From positions 1,952,001-2,016,000 of the forward strand of contig CM000207.1 of the NCBI GenBank assembly GCA_000002445.1: a stretch of DNA of 64,000 bases, read 5' to 3'. Shown here piece by piece: positions 51,414 to 62,500 of the stretch. The stretch is from Trypanosoma brucei (Eukaryota). The position numbers and the translations under genes were made by a program. The first letter of the stretch is position 1, and every line of letters begins with the position of its first letter. The notes under the pieces are model-generated. The model saw nothing but the letters and a program-made list of their open reading frames with translations. It ran no database searches and was not told where the DNA came from.

Positions 51414-53318
51414 ATGTGGTGGAGTGTTCGCCTTTTCCAACGCGGGACGGCAGCCGGCCCAACCGCAATGACCGCCGCCTCACCGCTCACTGAATCATGC
51501 GCCACGCAGCAGGTAACAACCAAGAATGTTCGTCGTCCAAGCAAGTTACAACGTCAAATGTTTATGGATCGCATGAAGAAGCGGCACCGTGCAAGGGTGA
51601 AAATGATCGCTGCACAAGAGCAATCACATTTGGCTACGGTACGCTCCTCGAATTTGAACGGGCGCGACGTCATTATGGCTCAGCTTGCGGATGAAATATT
51701 TAGCAGGGGACATAAACACGTCTGCTGTGCCACAAACATCTCTTTTGTACCAGATGGTAACCCCGCAATGCCAGAGGTTGCACTCGCAGGACGGGGGCAG
51801 TGTGGAAAAAGTTCACTGTTGAGGTCTCTGTTTCGCTCGTCTAGAGAAGTAGGACGCTCGAACGTGAAGTTGCGTCGTGATGCGATGAACTTTTTTAATG
51901 TGGGTGGAGGTGTCTTCAATATTGTGGATCTTCCGGGATTCGGCGGCACTTCGGTGCCATGGTCCACGCTCCTTCAACATGCTGTTCTACTACGGAACTT
52001 TGTGCGGTGCCGACCGAACCTCAAGATGTTGTATTATTGCATGGATGTGCACTACAGGCACGGAGTTTATATTCAAGACCTCGATCTGCTGCGTTTCCTT
52101 TCCAAGGAAGTACCAAATTTCACGATTGTCGTAACAAAAGGTGACCAGTTAGACACTACAAAGTCGCGAAATGTGTTTAGGTTGGAGGATATACGAAAAG
52201 AGCTGTTATTCCATGACATAACGCATCCAGTACTTGTTACAAGTGCCTATCATATGGGAGGTGTTGATGCACTTCGCTTTGACATGGTGATGAACTGCCT
52301 TCACGCACTTCCCACGGAACGCCTAACAATAACTGAAGCGAAGCGACTGTCGGAGCGGCTCCTAACACAGCGCGAAATTGGGACCGTACGACATTTGCCG
52401 TTGGCACCCACACAACTGCAGGATGAATTAAGGAACTGGAGCGAAGAAGTGGAAAAAGAACGGGCAATAGAGCCAGTTACACCGGGAAGTATGGAGCAGA
52501 AGCATGAGGGTGAATCCGCACATGGTTTAAGCGAGCGTGACACAAACACCAGTGGTTGTTCAAGAGGCAAATGCACTTCAAAGGCAGTAGCGGTTGAGGT
52601 GGGTAGCTCTGTTACTCCCGCTGATATCTCCCTTGCGCTAGATCAGGCAGAAGCGTTTACCTCTCTCAAGAAAAAGGTAACCAACGAAGGGTTGATGAAA
52701 TACGTTAGACAAACAAGTCCGTGGCGCAATCCACTCTTGTGGCCAGAAAATGTTGTGCCAACAAAACATCCGAAGGCCAATATCATGCGATGTCCGGAGG
52801 ACCCACACAACCCTTATCTTACTCAGGCGCATTTTGTGTGCCCACGCGCCGACATGTACTTCCGTCGACCAAACGTTGGTACCCGCAAGGGTGTGGAAAA
52901 GGGTCGCTACGAGGCAGATCGGCCACTGGCCTTCCTCCTTAAACCTTATACCATTCCGTATTTCCCTGATGTTGTCGACGTGAAAATGCATCCACTACCG
53001 TGGACATTTCTCGGAAGTCGTGAGGCATACTATGAATCAACTGGTGGGCGTCAACTCGGGGTGCGCATGGCACAGTACGTTACTAACGGTGAGATACGCG
53101 CACTTAACGACAACCCTGCACCCACACAACCTGATCTTACGAAGGAGCTTCAGAAGTTGGAGCGTAAGAGGTATGGTTCATCCATCGCGATGCTACGACC
53201 ACCGGGAAAGCAGGTGAAGGGTCTAACCACCGGTATGCCGTCAGTGCTTATTCACGGTAGCGAATGTGTTGATCAAGTAACCGCAGCGCCTCCACAACCC
53301 TTAGGCGCAGGAAAGTAA
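51414..53318 (+). CDS. EngB/YihA-like GTP-binding protein with ~400-aa C-terminal extension, probable mitochondrial
   Basis: G1 AGRGQCGKSSLLRSLF (nt ~51790-51830), G3 DLPGFGG and G4 TKGDQLD match the EngB pattern (GxSNVGKSS / DLPGYG / TKADK). The track start 51405 is GTG; the first ATG 51414 gives MWWSVRLFQRGTAAG..., which is presequence-like. Confidence 0.6.
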   Translation: MWWSVRLFQRGTAAGPTAMTAASPLTESCATQQVTTKNVRRPSKLQRQMFMDRMKKRHRARVKMIAAQEQSHLATVRSSNLNGRDVIMAQLADEIFSRGHKHVCCATNISFVPDGNPAMPEVALAGRGQCGKSSLLRSLFRSSREVGRSNVKLRRDAMNFFNVGGGVFNIVDLPGFGGTSVPWSTLLQHAVLLRNFVRCRPNLKMLYYCMDVHYRHGVYIQDLDLLRFLSKEVPNFTIVVTKGDQLDTTKSRNVFRLEDIRKELLFHDITHPVLVTSAYHMGGVDALRFDMVMNCLHALPTERLTITEAKRLSERLLTQREIGTVRHLPLAPTQLQDELRNWSEEVEKERAIEPVTPGSMEQKHEGESAHGLSERDTNTSGCSRGKCTSKAVAVEVGSSVTPADISLALDQAEAFTSLKKKVTNEGLMKYVRQTSPWRNPLLWPENVVPTKHPKANIMRCPEDPHNPYLTQAHFVCPRADMYFRRPNVGTRKGVEKGRYEADRPLAFLLKPYTIPYFPDVVDVKMHPLPWTFLGSREAYYESTGGRQLGVRMAQYVTNGEIRALNDNPAPTQPDLTKELQKLERKRYGSSIAMLRPPGKQVKGLTTGMPSVLIHGSECVDQVTAAPPQPLGAGK

Positions 53319-53659
53319 CGACATGTTCACGGAGGCCTGTTTCTTCACAAATATGTTTCTGAATGACGCAGTGGAGGAGATCTACATGAGTGGTATATAC
53401 TTTCTGTCATTAACGTCACCCATGCGAGCGAACGCAAAAAAAGTGTGAGGGTTGCTGCTGAAGTTGCGGCACGTAGGGATGCAAGGTTTAAGTCCCGCTT
53501 CAGTCGAGCCGGGTTTATGAACTGTTACTACTTTAGTTTGGTGTACACGCACCTGTGGGTTGCACAGATGTAACCATTCTCAGATTCTCCATACTTTGAT
53601 CCCTCTCGATTGTCCTTGTGTACATGTACAAAAACTAATGCAGGTAGCTTAGTGTTTAA

Positions 53660-54805
53660 ATGAAGTTGGTCCGTCATATAGAAACCATAGAAAATCGTGG
53701 CTACCTCTTCGAATTTACAATTGATGTGAACTCACCTGATGAACCCGAACTCTCGCGGGCTCGGCGGTACTACGTGGTAGCCACAGATCCGTCGCCGTCA
53801 CGAGCCTTTTGTTACTTATCCATATATTTCCGTGATCCTTCGCTTTATTCCCCAAAGAGCCGCTGGTTTTCGCTGCACAACCGGGTCTTCGGTCCCATAG
53901 GGCACGACCGTTTTGTTGGGGAACTTCTCAAGGTGTCCCAAGCCGAGGCTGAGAGCTATAGTCTGTTCACGGATGAGCCAGCTGCGCGAGCAGCACTCGG
54001 TGTAATCTCCACCAACAGGGTGGACCCAACGGGAGGGAGGGCGGCGCGTGGTGGGGATGCGCATGGATCCCCCTTTGAAACGCCACGGGATGTGAAAACG
54101 GCAGCCGCAGTTCAAATTCTCTCAGAAAATGTAAAGGCACGTTTGGGGAAGGGCGTAGAGACCCTTTTAGGACCACCATACACAGTGTCAAAGGAAGCTA
54201 TGACTTCCACACGTGACGCTGACTTCCAGTCGCAAGGGAATCAGCTACGAGAGGCACGTCAGCTTCTACAACTTGAACGGAACCAACATGAGAAAGACGT
54301 GGAACATTTGATGAGTGAGATTAGCCAACTACACAAGCAATTGAAAAACGTCGGTTATGAAGGAAAGGCAAGGCAACAGGAACAGCAAACAACCGCCCTG
54401 AGAGACTCTCAGGAGCGTGAGCGACTTTTGCAGCTGACAATAGACGAAAATGTTTTGCTTAAACAACGTTACCACCATGCTTGCGTAGAGTTGGAGCACT
54501 GGCGTATGGAATGTCGCCGACTGAAGCACAAATGTGACCAAAAGGCGATGGCTTCAACGCAAGCAACTAAGTGTGTGAGCCAGGAAGAGTATAACGACCT
54601 GGAAAAGCGTCACCGACTCCTACATAAGGAGCTTCATGAGCTTTCAGAGGAAAAGATGGAATTAGAGAGTAGGTTGCGCAAAGCCGATGAGGAGGCGGCC
54701 CGAAGAAGTATGGAATTGAGGCTCGCCTTGCAGGCACTGCACTCACTGGGGAGGGGTCTAGACAACGTACAGCACAAATTGCCTCTCGTGTTGCGGAGTG
54801 AATAA
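53660..54805 (+). CDS. hypothetical coiled-coil protein, 381 aa
   Basis: ATG start. The C-terminal ~200 aa form a heptad-rich coiled coil (LQLERNQHEKDVEHLMSEISQLHKQLKN... ELHELSEEKMELESRLRKADEEAARR). Confidence 0.55.
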   Translation: MKLVRHIETIENRGYLFEFTIDVNSPDEPELSRARRYYVVATDPSPSRAFCYLSIYFRDPSLYSPKSRWFSLHNRVFGPIGHDRFVGELLKVSQAEAESYSLFTDEPAARAALGVISTNRVDPTGGRAARGGDAHGSPFETPRDVKTAAAVQILSENVKARLGKGVETLLGPPYTVSKEAMTSTRDADFQSQGNQLREARQLLQLERNQHEKDVEHLMSEISQLHKQLKNVGYEGKARQQEQQTTALRDSQERERLLQLTIDENVLLKQRYHHACVELEHWRMECRRLKHKCDQKAMASTQATKCVSQEEYNDLEKRHRLLHKELHELSEEKMELESRLRKADEEAARRSMELRLALQALHSLGRGLDNVQHKLPLVLRSE

Positions 54806-55903
54806 CGCGTGTTAGGAGAGTTGTCGGAGTGGGCAAAAAGGGATTGTTATGCCGATGGGATTCGAGCTGGGAAGGGTGAGGAAAGACCCTACGGAAGGTG
54901 CAGTTGTGTTATGCAAAGTATTATTATTATATATATGGCTATCGGTGACAATAATTACCTACTTCGTTTTATCCAAATTGTGAGCAATGTATGAAAATGC
55001 GTAATTTTTAATCCACTTAGTGCTTCGTCGTCCAACTTGACTGCCATTTTATGTTCTCCCTCTTCCCTCCCCCTTTGTCCGCACACTTTTCCATGTGCAA
55101 ACATATGGAGCAAAGACAGTAGGCGAGAAAAGAAGTGCAATGGGGATGCTTAACAACTGATATGTGCACCAAACGGGCAGTCTAGCTACTACCACCATAC
55201 TCACACACTTATCCATAGAAATATCGTACTTTCTCAACGGGACCTCACGAACTGATTTCGTGATGTATATACCTTTGCTAAGTAATAATTTTAGCGGAGT
55301 GTATCTCCTTCCATGTTGCTGTGCAGCACTGGGGAATAACAATAAGTGAAGGTGTGAACTATATCCCATGCTGTTTAGGTAGTCAAATGGGGAAGAGCGG
55401 ATGGGGACTTTGCCTTCACTACTTCATATCTCCTGTTCCGTTATGGGAAAGGAGAGGAATTTTTTTTCCTTCCTCCCTCTTCCAAAGCGGACTTGTTGAT
55501 ATTTTTAATTTCGTTGCTGAGACGTCTGTCATTACACCATTTGTTCACTTCTTCCAGTTGTCTTTGTATTCGATGGAAGGATTTCTGTAAGAAGGTGGCC
55601 ATATTTATGCCGCTTGCTCATCATTCTCCAGGGTGCCACTACTGAACTCGGACGAGGAGCCCATTCCTTTTATTCAGGGATGTTATGCATGAAATATCCC
55701 CACGTCACCTGCTCTGTGAAACCATTTAGTGTGGTCTATTATTGTTGATATTGGCAGCCGGTGGGTCGCTGTTTTAAACGTCTCTTTTCTTTATCCACCA
55801 CCGAGCTCCACCTCTGAAACACGTTGTGAACTCCTTGTATTAGCACATATACAGAAAGGGAAGACAAGAATAAGAGAAAGAAAGAAAAGTAGAGCCCTCT
55901 CAA

Positions 55904-56821
55904 ATGGCGACCCGTGACCGTACGACAGAGTTTCTTCAATACCGCAGCGCCAAAACTCGCCAAACTGACTCGCAAGGTCTCTTACAAGAGGACAGAGGTG
56001 CTTCAACCTTTAGCACCTTCGTTGCACCTCTGTGGATGCAGAAGATGGATGAGGTTCGCGAGCTGCAGAGAAAGATTCGGAAGCATATGGAGTCGCTGGA
56101 AAAGCTGTGGCGAAACAATCTAAAGATTGAGTTTAGCTCGTCGCGAGACGAGGGACGTGAGGAAATGGATATTGAGCGTCTGCGAGTTTCTATTGATAAT
56201 CTCTTCAAGCAGAGTGAGAAAGTAGTTAATGAACTCGAAGTGGCCTACATGCGTGAGCTCCCTGACGAGGGAACTGATGCGGAGTTGAGTATACTTCGTA
56301 ATGTGAAGATGTGTCTTGTTAACGAACTCAGCAACATTGGTAAATTATACCGTGAGAGCGAGCGGCGATACGTTATGGATCTAAAAAAGCAGCAATCGGT
56401 CGCGAAGCGATGGGGAAACAGTGAACGACAGCGAGTCATCGAGCAGGAGCTTGAAACCGATGCTGTAATGAACCGTTGCCTCCAAAAGGGCATGTCTCAG
56501 GAGCAGGTAGAGGCGATGCTTCTCAATCAACAATTGGCGGATGAGCGTGTGAAGGAATTTGAACACATATATACATCAATAAAGTCCATGCACGAGATGT
56601 TCTCTGACATGAAAACGCTCGTTATTGAGCAAGGTGCCGTGCTCGACCGTATTGATTACAACATGTCGATCACTCACGAACGCGTGCAGAGTGGTAGAGC
56701 GGAGTTGGAAAAGGCAGCGGAATATCAGGAGGCCGGGTTGTTCAAAACATGTTTCTTGTTTTTAGTGGTAACTATCTTTGTGCTTTTGTTCATTCTTCTG
56801 TTTCAAAAGATGCTGTCTTAA
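55904..56821 (+). CDS. Qa-SNARE, syntaxin 5 (Sed5)-like, C-terminal TM anchor
   Basis: The N-terminal MATRDRTTEFLQY matches the Sly1-binding DRTxEF motif of syntaxin 5. The SNARE heptad region contains the central Gln (VIEQGAVLDRIDYNM). The C-terminal TM helix is FKTCFLFLVVTIFVLLFILLF (nt ~56740-56818). Confidence 0.7.
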   Translation: MATRDRTTEFLQYRSAKTRQTDSQGLLQEDRGASTFSTFVAPLWMQKMDEVRELQRKIRKHMESLEKLWRNNLKIEFSSSRDEGREEMDIERLRVSIDNLFKQSEKVVNELEVAYMRELPDEGTDAELSILRNVKMCLVNELSNIGKLYRESERRYVMDLKKQQSVAKRWGNSERQRVIEQELETDAVMNRCLQKGMSQEQVEAMLLNQQLADERVKEFEHIYTSIKSMHEMFSDMKTLVIEQGAVLDRIDYNMSITHERVQSGRAELEKAAEYQEAGLFKTCFLFLVVTIFVLLFILLFQKMLS

Positions 56822-57501
56822 ACCTGAATCCATTACGCAACAACCCCCGGCGGCATTAACCCTGGGAAATGCAAACGGATCCCTCAAACTGTTGCTGAGA
56901 CATCTATGTCTATTGCTCATGAATAAAGGCGAAAAGCACAGAAAGGAAAGGGAATAATATCTTCACTTTTGTTCCTTGCTTCCTTTTCCCTGCCACATAA
57001 TCTTCTATAGTTTCGTTTTGGGTTCATGATTGTGCCTTGATGGAGTATGAGCAGTGCATCTGGCGGGAGACTTCCAGAATTTAGCACCACAAACACACCT
57101 ACGTATACGTACACCTTATTTATTCACGGCTCTTACTGTTGCATCAGACTGCGCGACCGAAAGCACCGTCAACATCTTGGTGTTATCTTGTTGCTATTCG
57201 TGCCCCTGTGGAGGGAGAGGGGATGGTTATACCTTCTGGTAATGCGATATGAAGAAAAGTTTTCCTAAGTGAATCGGTGGATTTTATTTCCAGAATTGCT
57301 ATCTCTGACCACCTCTTGACCCTATTCTCTTAAAATTAACCTTTATTTTTCCGGTGCTGCTTTCTTACCTTTAATTATTATTATTATTATTTTTGTGGGG
57401 TGACCAACAAGAGATAGTGTATCCTATCAACACAACATAATTTGTGGTATGAAGCGGGAAAGTAAGGAAACCTTGTCGCGAGATTTATTTTTTATTTTCA
57501 T

Positions 57502-58749
57502 ATGAACTTCGTTCCTCTTTATAGATCAATTTTGAAGGGGATTCATACCGCAAAACAACATCCATACCACCTGCAAGATATACGTTTCATCCTTTCGTAC
57601 CCGCTCGTGAAACCGGTGTATTATGCGACCAAACCGAACAGCGAGTTGAAGCAACTGGAGCCCCTGCAGGGAATTGACACCCCGCTCCTTGTCCGAACTT
57701 GTCTTGAGGACCTCCGCAGGGCTTTCATGTCTGTGCCTTCGAAAGACATGTCGGTGGCGCAGCAATTCGTATACATGCGTGAGTTGGGGTGGTTGAAGTG
57801 TAGATTGGAGAATATTGCTAGCGAGTCGACTGATGCAATTCTCAAAGAAGCACGCGTGGTTGCTTCCGAAGTGACGGATGATGACTTCCTAGACGACCAA
57901 ATCATTGTGCGACAGGGCCGCCCCAACAATAAAGAACTTCAGTGTGTACAGACAGGTAATAATGGGAGTGAAATGGGGGATTGTGGGTACGGAGTGGCAT
58001 CTGCGGGTGCAATTGGGCTGCGCTATGAGATGTTCATTCTTCAAAACGTCGCACCGTTACCACTTGTTAAGGAATTTCTTTCTTCCTTCTCCCAGAACAC
58101 AGAAGCCGCTGCTGCTGCTGCAACGTCTAACCAGAAATTGCAGGAATTTGCTAGGCGCTACGTACCGCGTACCGTAGTGTGTCAGAATGAGGACCTCACA
58201 CTGACAATCACCGTGAACGCATTTGATGCGGCATTAACCCGCAAATCAACGGAAGAAAACAACCCCTTCGCACGTGTGCATCGTTACTTCATGATTCGCT
58301 TTGACTTATCTCCAAGTGACCCCTTAGTTTTGGGTGTGGATGTTGTCAACTCGTACTTTCTTAGGTTGGACGCTGGGTCAGCTGAGCTTGTGGAGGACAT
58401 TGGGTACCTTCATGCTGCCGATGTCTGGAAATTGTCCCAGGAGTTGAGGGTGAAAGGCAGCGGGAGCAGCACCGATAGCGACGACACCAAAGACAATGGC
58501 TGCGTCGACGGCAGCGTAAGTAGTAAAGAGCACGCCGCTGAAGGAAATGTAAACTGCATGGACCACAATGAGCACGAACACAACCCTACATCGCATTTTG
58601 AGTTGAGTTTTATAAATCCGTCGGACGGACCTACAATCATGAAAGGGCAATTGTACTACACGCTGCGAACAAAATCTAGCGCCTCCGCCTCCAAAATGAA
58701 CGTGGGTGTCATTTCGTTCGGGCACATTCTTTTGTTTAACGACGAATAG
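57502..58749 (+). CDS. hypothetical protein, 415 aa
   Basis: ATG-initiated long ORF with an upstream poly-Y tract at 57290-57400. No recognisable motifs. Confidence 0.5.
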   Translation: MNFVPLYRSILKGIHTAKQHPYHLQDIRFILSYPLVKPVYYATKPNSELKQLEPLQGIDTPLLVRTCLEDLRRAFMSVPSKDMSVAQQFVYMRELGWLKCRLENIASESTDAILKEARVVASEVTDDDFLDDQIIVRQGRPNNKELQCVQTGNNGSEMGDCGYGVASAGAIGLRYEMFILQNVAPLPLVKEFLSSFSQNTEAAAAAATSNQKLQEFARRYVPRTVVCQNEDLTLTITVNAFDAALTRKSTEENNPFARVHRYFMIRFDLSPSDPLVLGVDVVNSYFLRLDAGSAELVEDIGYLHAADVWKLSQELRVKGSGSSTDSDDTKDNGCVDGSVSSKEHAAEGNVNCMDHNEHEHNPTSHFELSFINPSDGPTIMKGQLYYTLRTKSSASASKMNVGVISFGHILLFNDE

Positions 58750-59439
58750 TTGAAATTTTATTTAAAGGGGGGGCCAAATAACTATGTTGTAACAAAAGCT
58801 AATTTGATATGCCCACAGTAAAGCAGTGGGTGCTGTATTAGTAATTTGGCAACCAGGTGACTTCGACCCTTTTTGTTTCGTTTGAAAGGGGAAATGTTCT
58901 CTCGCTCTCCCGATGTTTCAGGGGAGGGAATAGTGAGGGCAATGAAAATGTACACATTTGTATAACTGCATGCAGTGTTATACAACATGTCTCGCGGGTC
59001 TACTGTTCCCAATAATGCCTTGGTCCCAATCAACACCCCCGTAGGGGGGAGGAGGGAGGATATAAAGGGGAAAGGTTGTACTGTGAAGAGGCTGGTGTGA
59101 GCGAAAGGGAAGTTATAACATGCCCCCCCCCTTCTCGGGTAGTTCCCCCCTCATTGGTAATCTTCGCAATACTGCGGGGTATGCAATTCTCTCCTCCCCT
59201 CCCCACAACAGATTTAGAAGCGGTGGGGCACTGTGACTCGTTTCTGAATATTTAAATATTGGTTTGGGGGGAGAAAGGGGTGAAAATGGGTTGACTTACA
59301 CATTGTGATGCGTTCCTCCCGTGACCATGCGCTAACAAAATTGTGCATTACCACTTAGGTAAGGCACACCGAATAATCTTTGCGGTGGCACCCATTGGGT
59401 GCACATTGCATTGACAATAATGAGCAGAATTGAGCCGCT

Positions 59440-59566
59440 TCTTTTTCCAACCCTATACGTTGTTTAGCGTTTCCCCCCCCCCCTCTTAGTTATATCCCAT
59501 TTTTCTAGCCTTTGGGCATTTCACTCTAACTTTCTTTTTGTTACTTTATTACGCTTTTTGCAAGCC
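59440..59566 (+). promoter_or_regulatory. polypyrimidine tract (incl. C11) + AG upstream of TRAPPC9-like ATG 59573
   Basis: cttctttttccaaccctatacgttgtttagcgtttccccccccccctcttagttatatcccatttttctagcctttgggcatttcactctaactttctttttgttactttattacgctttttgcaag. Confidence 0.4.
59473..59483. repeat. C11 homopolymer within the polypyrimidine tract upstream of the TRAPPC9-like gene
   Basis: Direct reading: ccccccccccc. Confidence 0.9.
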
Positions 59567-59572
59567 AAACAC

Positions 59573-62500
59573 ATGAAGGATCCTGTAGTTAGCGGTTCAC
59601 CAGTTGTTGACGCGGCAGTGCTGCCATGCACTCAACTCCGCGCTAACCGTCGCATGCCCCTGTTGTGGCTTCCCATGTCTCTGTGTAAGCAGTTGTATTC
59701 GGAGCATGGAGAGGGCAATGCAACAACCATCGGACGTAATGGTGAGGACAACATGCATGGTAACATGAGCGGGGACAGTGTTGAGCAGGTGCTAGAGTGC
59801 CTCTCTGGTTTGGAGCGTGGTGTTCTCAATGCAGTATTGAGGCAGCCCTTCCTCCCCATCCACACACTTCGTGAGGCGTTCCCAGTTGGGAGGAATTACA
59901 ATTTTGACGACGATTTATTTGAGATCCTTGTGCGGGTGGCCAGCAATGTCGACTCCGTTACCGCCTCTGCCTCCGCGGAAGTGGAAGTTCATATGGGCAC
60001 GGCTGCTGTTGTCGTGGTGCTGAACTGTTACGAACATGAGCCAAACTTGGCCCTCAAGGCGGTGGGATACGTTTTCGAGAAATACTTTAAAAATTGTGCC
60101 TGCCGCTGCGTGGTGCTCGACCCACCAGCAGACATAGAATCAGGTGGTCTACGGGAAGTTCTCATCCCAGTCTCTACAGGAGCATCCATTAATGACGTGG
60201 CTAACCACGTCTTGAGAGAGGTTGCATTTGCCATGGTGCGGCGCGCAGACGCACGACTCGTTGAGCTGTCGTCGATGATCGCGTCAATAGTTGAGGCGAA
60301 ACCTGGACCAAGTGACCTGAGCAGCGTCTTGAGATTTAAGAGTAGTAGCAAGAGTGGGAAGGGAAGTGCCACCGCTGATGCTGCGCCGTCATACGGTTCG
60401 GGGACATCGCTGATGAAAAGAAAAGGGGATTTGCTGCTTATTTTAGGTTCGTTCAACGCTGCCCTCATGTCGTATGACGAAGCTCTAGGAGGAGCAGATG
60501 CGTTGTGGTGCGCGGCAACATTGGAGGCGATTGCCACACTACGATTCATGCAGAATGCACCGCTGCTTGCGTTGAGGGAAAGCGCTGAGTCCACATTTGT
60601 ATCGCTTGCATTTGACGGTTCAGTGTGGTCGAATGACATGAAAAAAACTATGGATGAGATAGATAAAGTGACATCAACCCTCCAAGTCTCCCAGCGGAAG
60701 GCACTTACTGCTTTAAAGCGTAACACTGCACTTTCAGTCTTGGGGAAAAGGTTAACGAAGGAAGTAGAAGACCCCCTTTCATCGCAGTGCGAAAGTCTTA
60801 GGCGTCGGATCAGATCACTTGACGAAACGATGTCCAACGAAAGAGTGGAGAAATACGGGAGGAGGGCTCTAGGGTGCCTGCGGCAGATTATTCACCTTAG
60901 TTTCCATGAACTACATCTTTACCTCAACGAGGCACTACAGCTTCTAAGAACTGTTGTAGGCGCAAGGACTCTTTTGCGGGAAAGGGAGTTGAACATACAC
61001 GTAAAGCGAGCAGAACTTCTGGCAGAGGAGGGCGACAAACAGTCTATGTTAGAGTGCTTCAGTTTAATAAAGGATCTGGCCGCCCAGAGCGGTGATGGGA
61101 CTTTGCAACAGCGAATTCGTACGCAAATACCCCGTATCTGTGCTCGTGCGGGTTGTTGTCGGAAAGCAATACATTATATCGCCGATGCAGCACTCACCCA
61201 GAGGCGGAAGGGGGCGAATGGATCCGCGATTTTGCTACTTTTGATGGCGTGTCGAGTAGCTGGCATTCCATTTCCCGAAAATGGTTTAGGTGACGACATT
61301 ACCGTCTTGACTTGCAGTCGACAGGGGCAAGATATTTTGAGCCCTGCCGTTGCCAACGGTGACGCAAAAAGTAGTAGCACAAAGAAGGAATGTGCGTCGT
61401 TGAGGTTGGGTACACGTCCCTGTGAGGCACAAGCTGTACCATTACTTACAGAACTACTCGACGCCATAACGGAGGAGGGATTTGACTCTGATGCCAAGTG
61501 TTCTGTAGCCTCCATGCTGCTATTTGATTACTACCCGTTTCTCAGTGACGACACGCAGGAGTCGCTGATGACACTCATTGCGAAAAAGAGTGCACATTAC
61601 CAGTCACTTCACTGCTCGACACCTCCTTTTCTGGACGATATGGAGGTACTCCCGTTACCTCCACATTTGGAACCGAAAACAATTTCACTAAGCGGGGCGC
61701 AATTCACCTTTATTGACACCGGACGACTTAAGATGACTGTACTCACTTTAAACGGGAAGATTATTCCTCAGGGACAGGTGGTGTGGTCTGTTGGTACTGT
61801 CGGTGAGGTGACAGTGGTATTGAAAAACCCTCTTCGTACACAAGTTGAACTCTCATCCGTCGCACTTAGCTGTTGCCCTGTCTCGTCGCTCAACGGTGAC
61901 GGTGGCACCACGAACTTGGAAGAGGAACACGGTCTGACCACCGATGCGCCGTCGACTTATGTGGTAACCAATGTCACGCTTCAGCCCATGTCGAAGCTTC
62001 AGTTGTGCCTGCAAGTGCTGCCAACTACACCGGGGTTTCTCTCTGTGAAGGGTGTGGAGATTAGGTTCAGCAACATGCCGTGGTGTGGAACTTTTATGAT
62101 GCCTGTGAGGAAGCCAGAGGTGATACCTGTGCTACAGGAACTACCGATGGTATCGTGCGCCCTTGGGGTGAATGAGGTAGAGATTTTTTGCGGGCAAACA
62201 GTTGAATTTACGTTACACGTGGTCAACACTGGTAGGGTGCCGGTGCACAAATTTCAAATAACGGTTCACGACGAATCCTGTCAATTAGACACGTGCGAAG
62301 GGTGCAAAGAGCGCTTAAGTGCCTCCTCCCTATACGTCACTATCGAACGCGATCCCTCCACTGAGCAACGTTCAGAATCCTCACTTGAAGTTGGTGGCGT
62401 CACAACTAGGCGCGTCACAATCGCTTCACCCCTGGGAAGTGACAATAAGGCGTTTCAGCACATTGTGTTCCGCACGTGTATGGAGTTGCCATATAATCAG

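Noticed and set aside
53461-53530. tRNA-like T-loop search (GGTTCGAnTCC) across intergenic regions, e.g. ggtttaagtcccgcttcagtcgagccgg here
   Set aside because: No exact T-loop/acceptor-stem arrangement was found by eye anywhere in the window. The nearest strings lack complementary acceptor stems. No tRNA is called.
60028-60837. 269-aa ORF on the minus strand
   Set aside because: It is entirely antisense to the TRAPPC9-like CDS. Its translation is Ser/Ala-rich low-complexity with no motif. Every credible gene in the window is on the + strand, so this is a typical shadow ORF of a long coding region.
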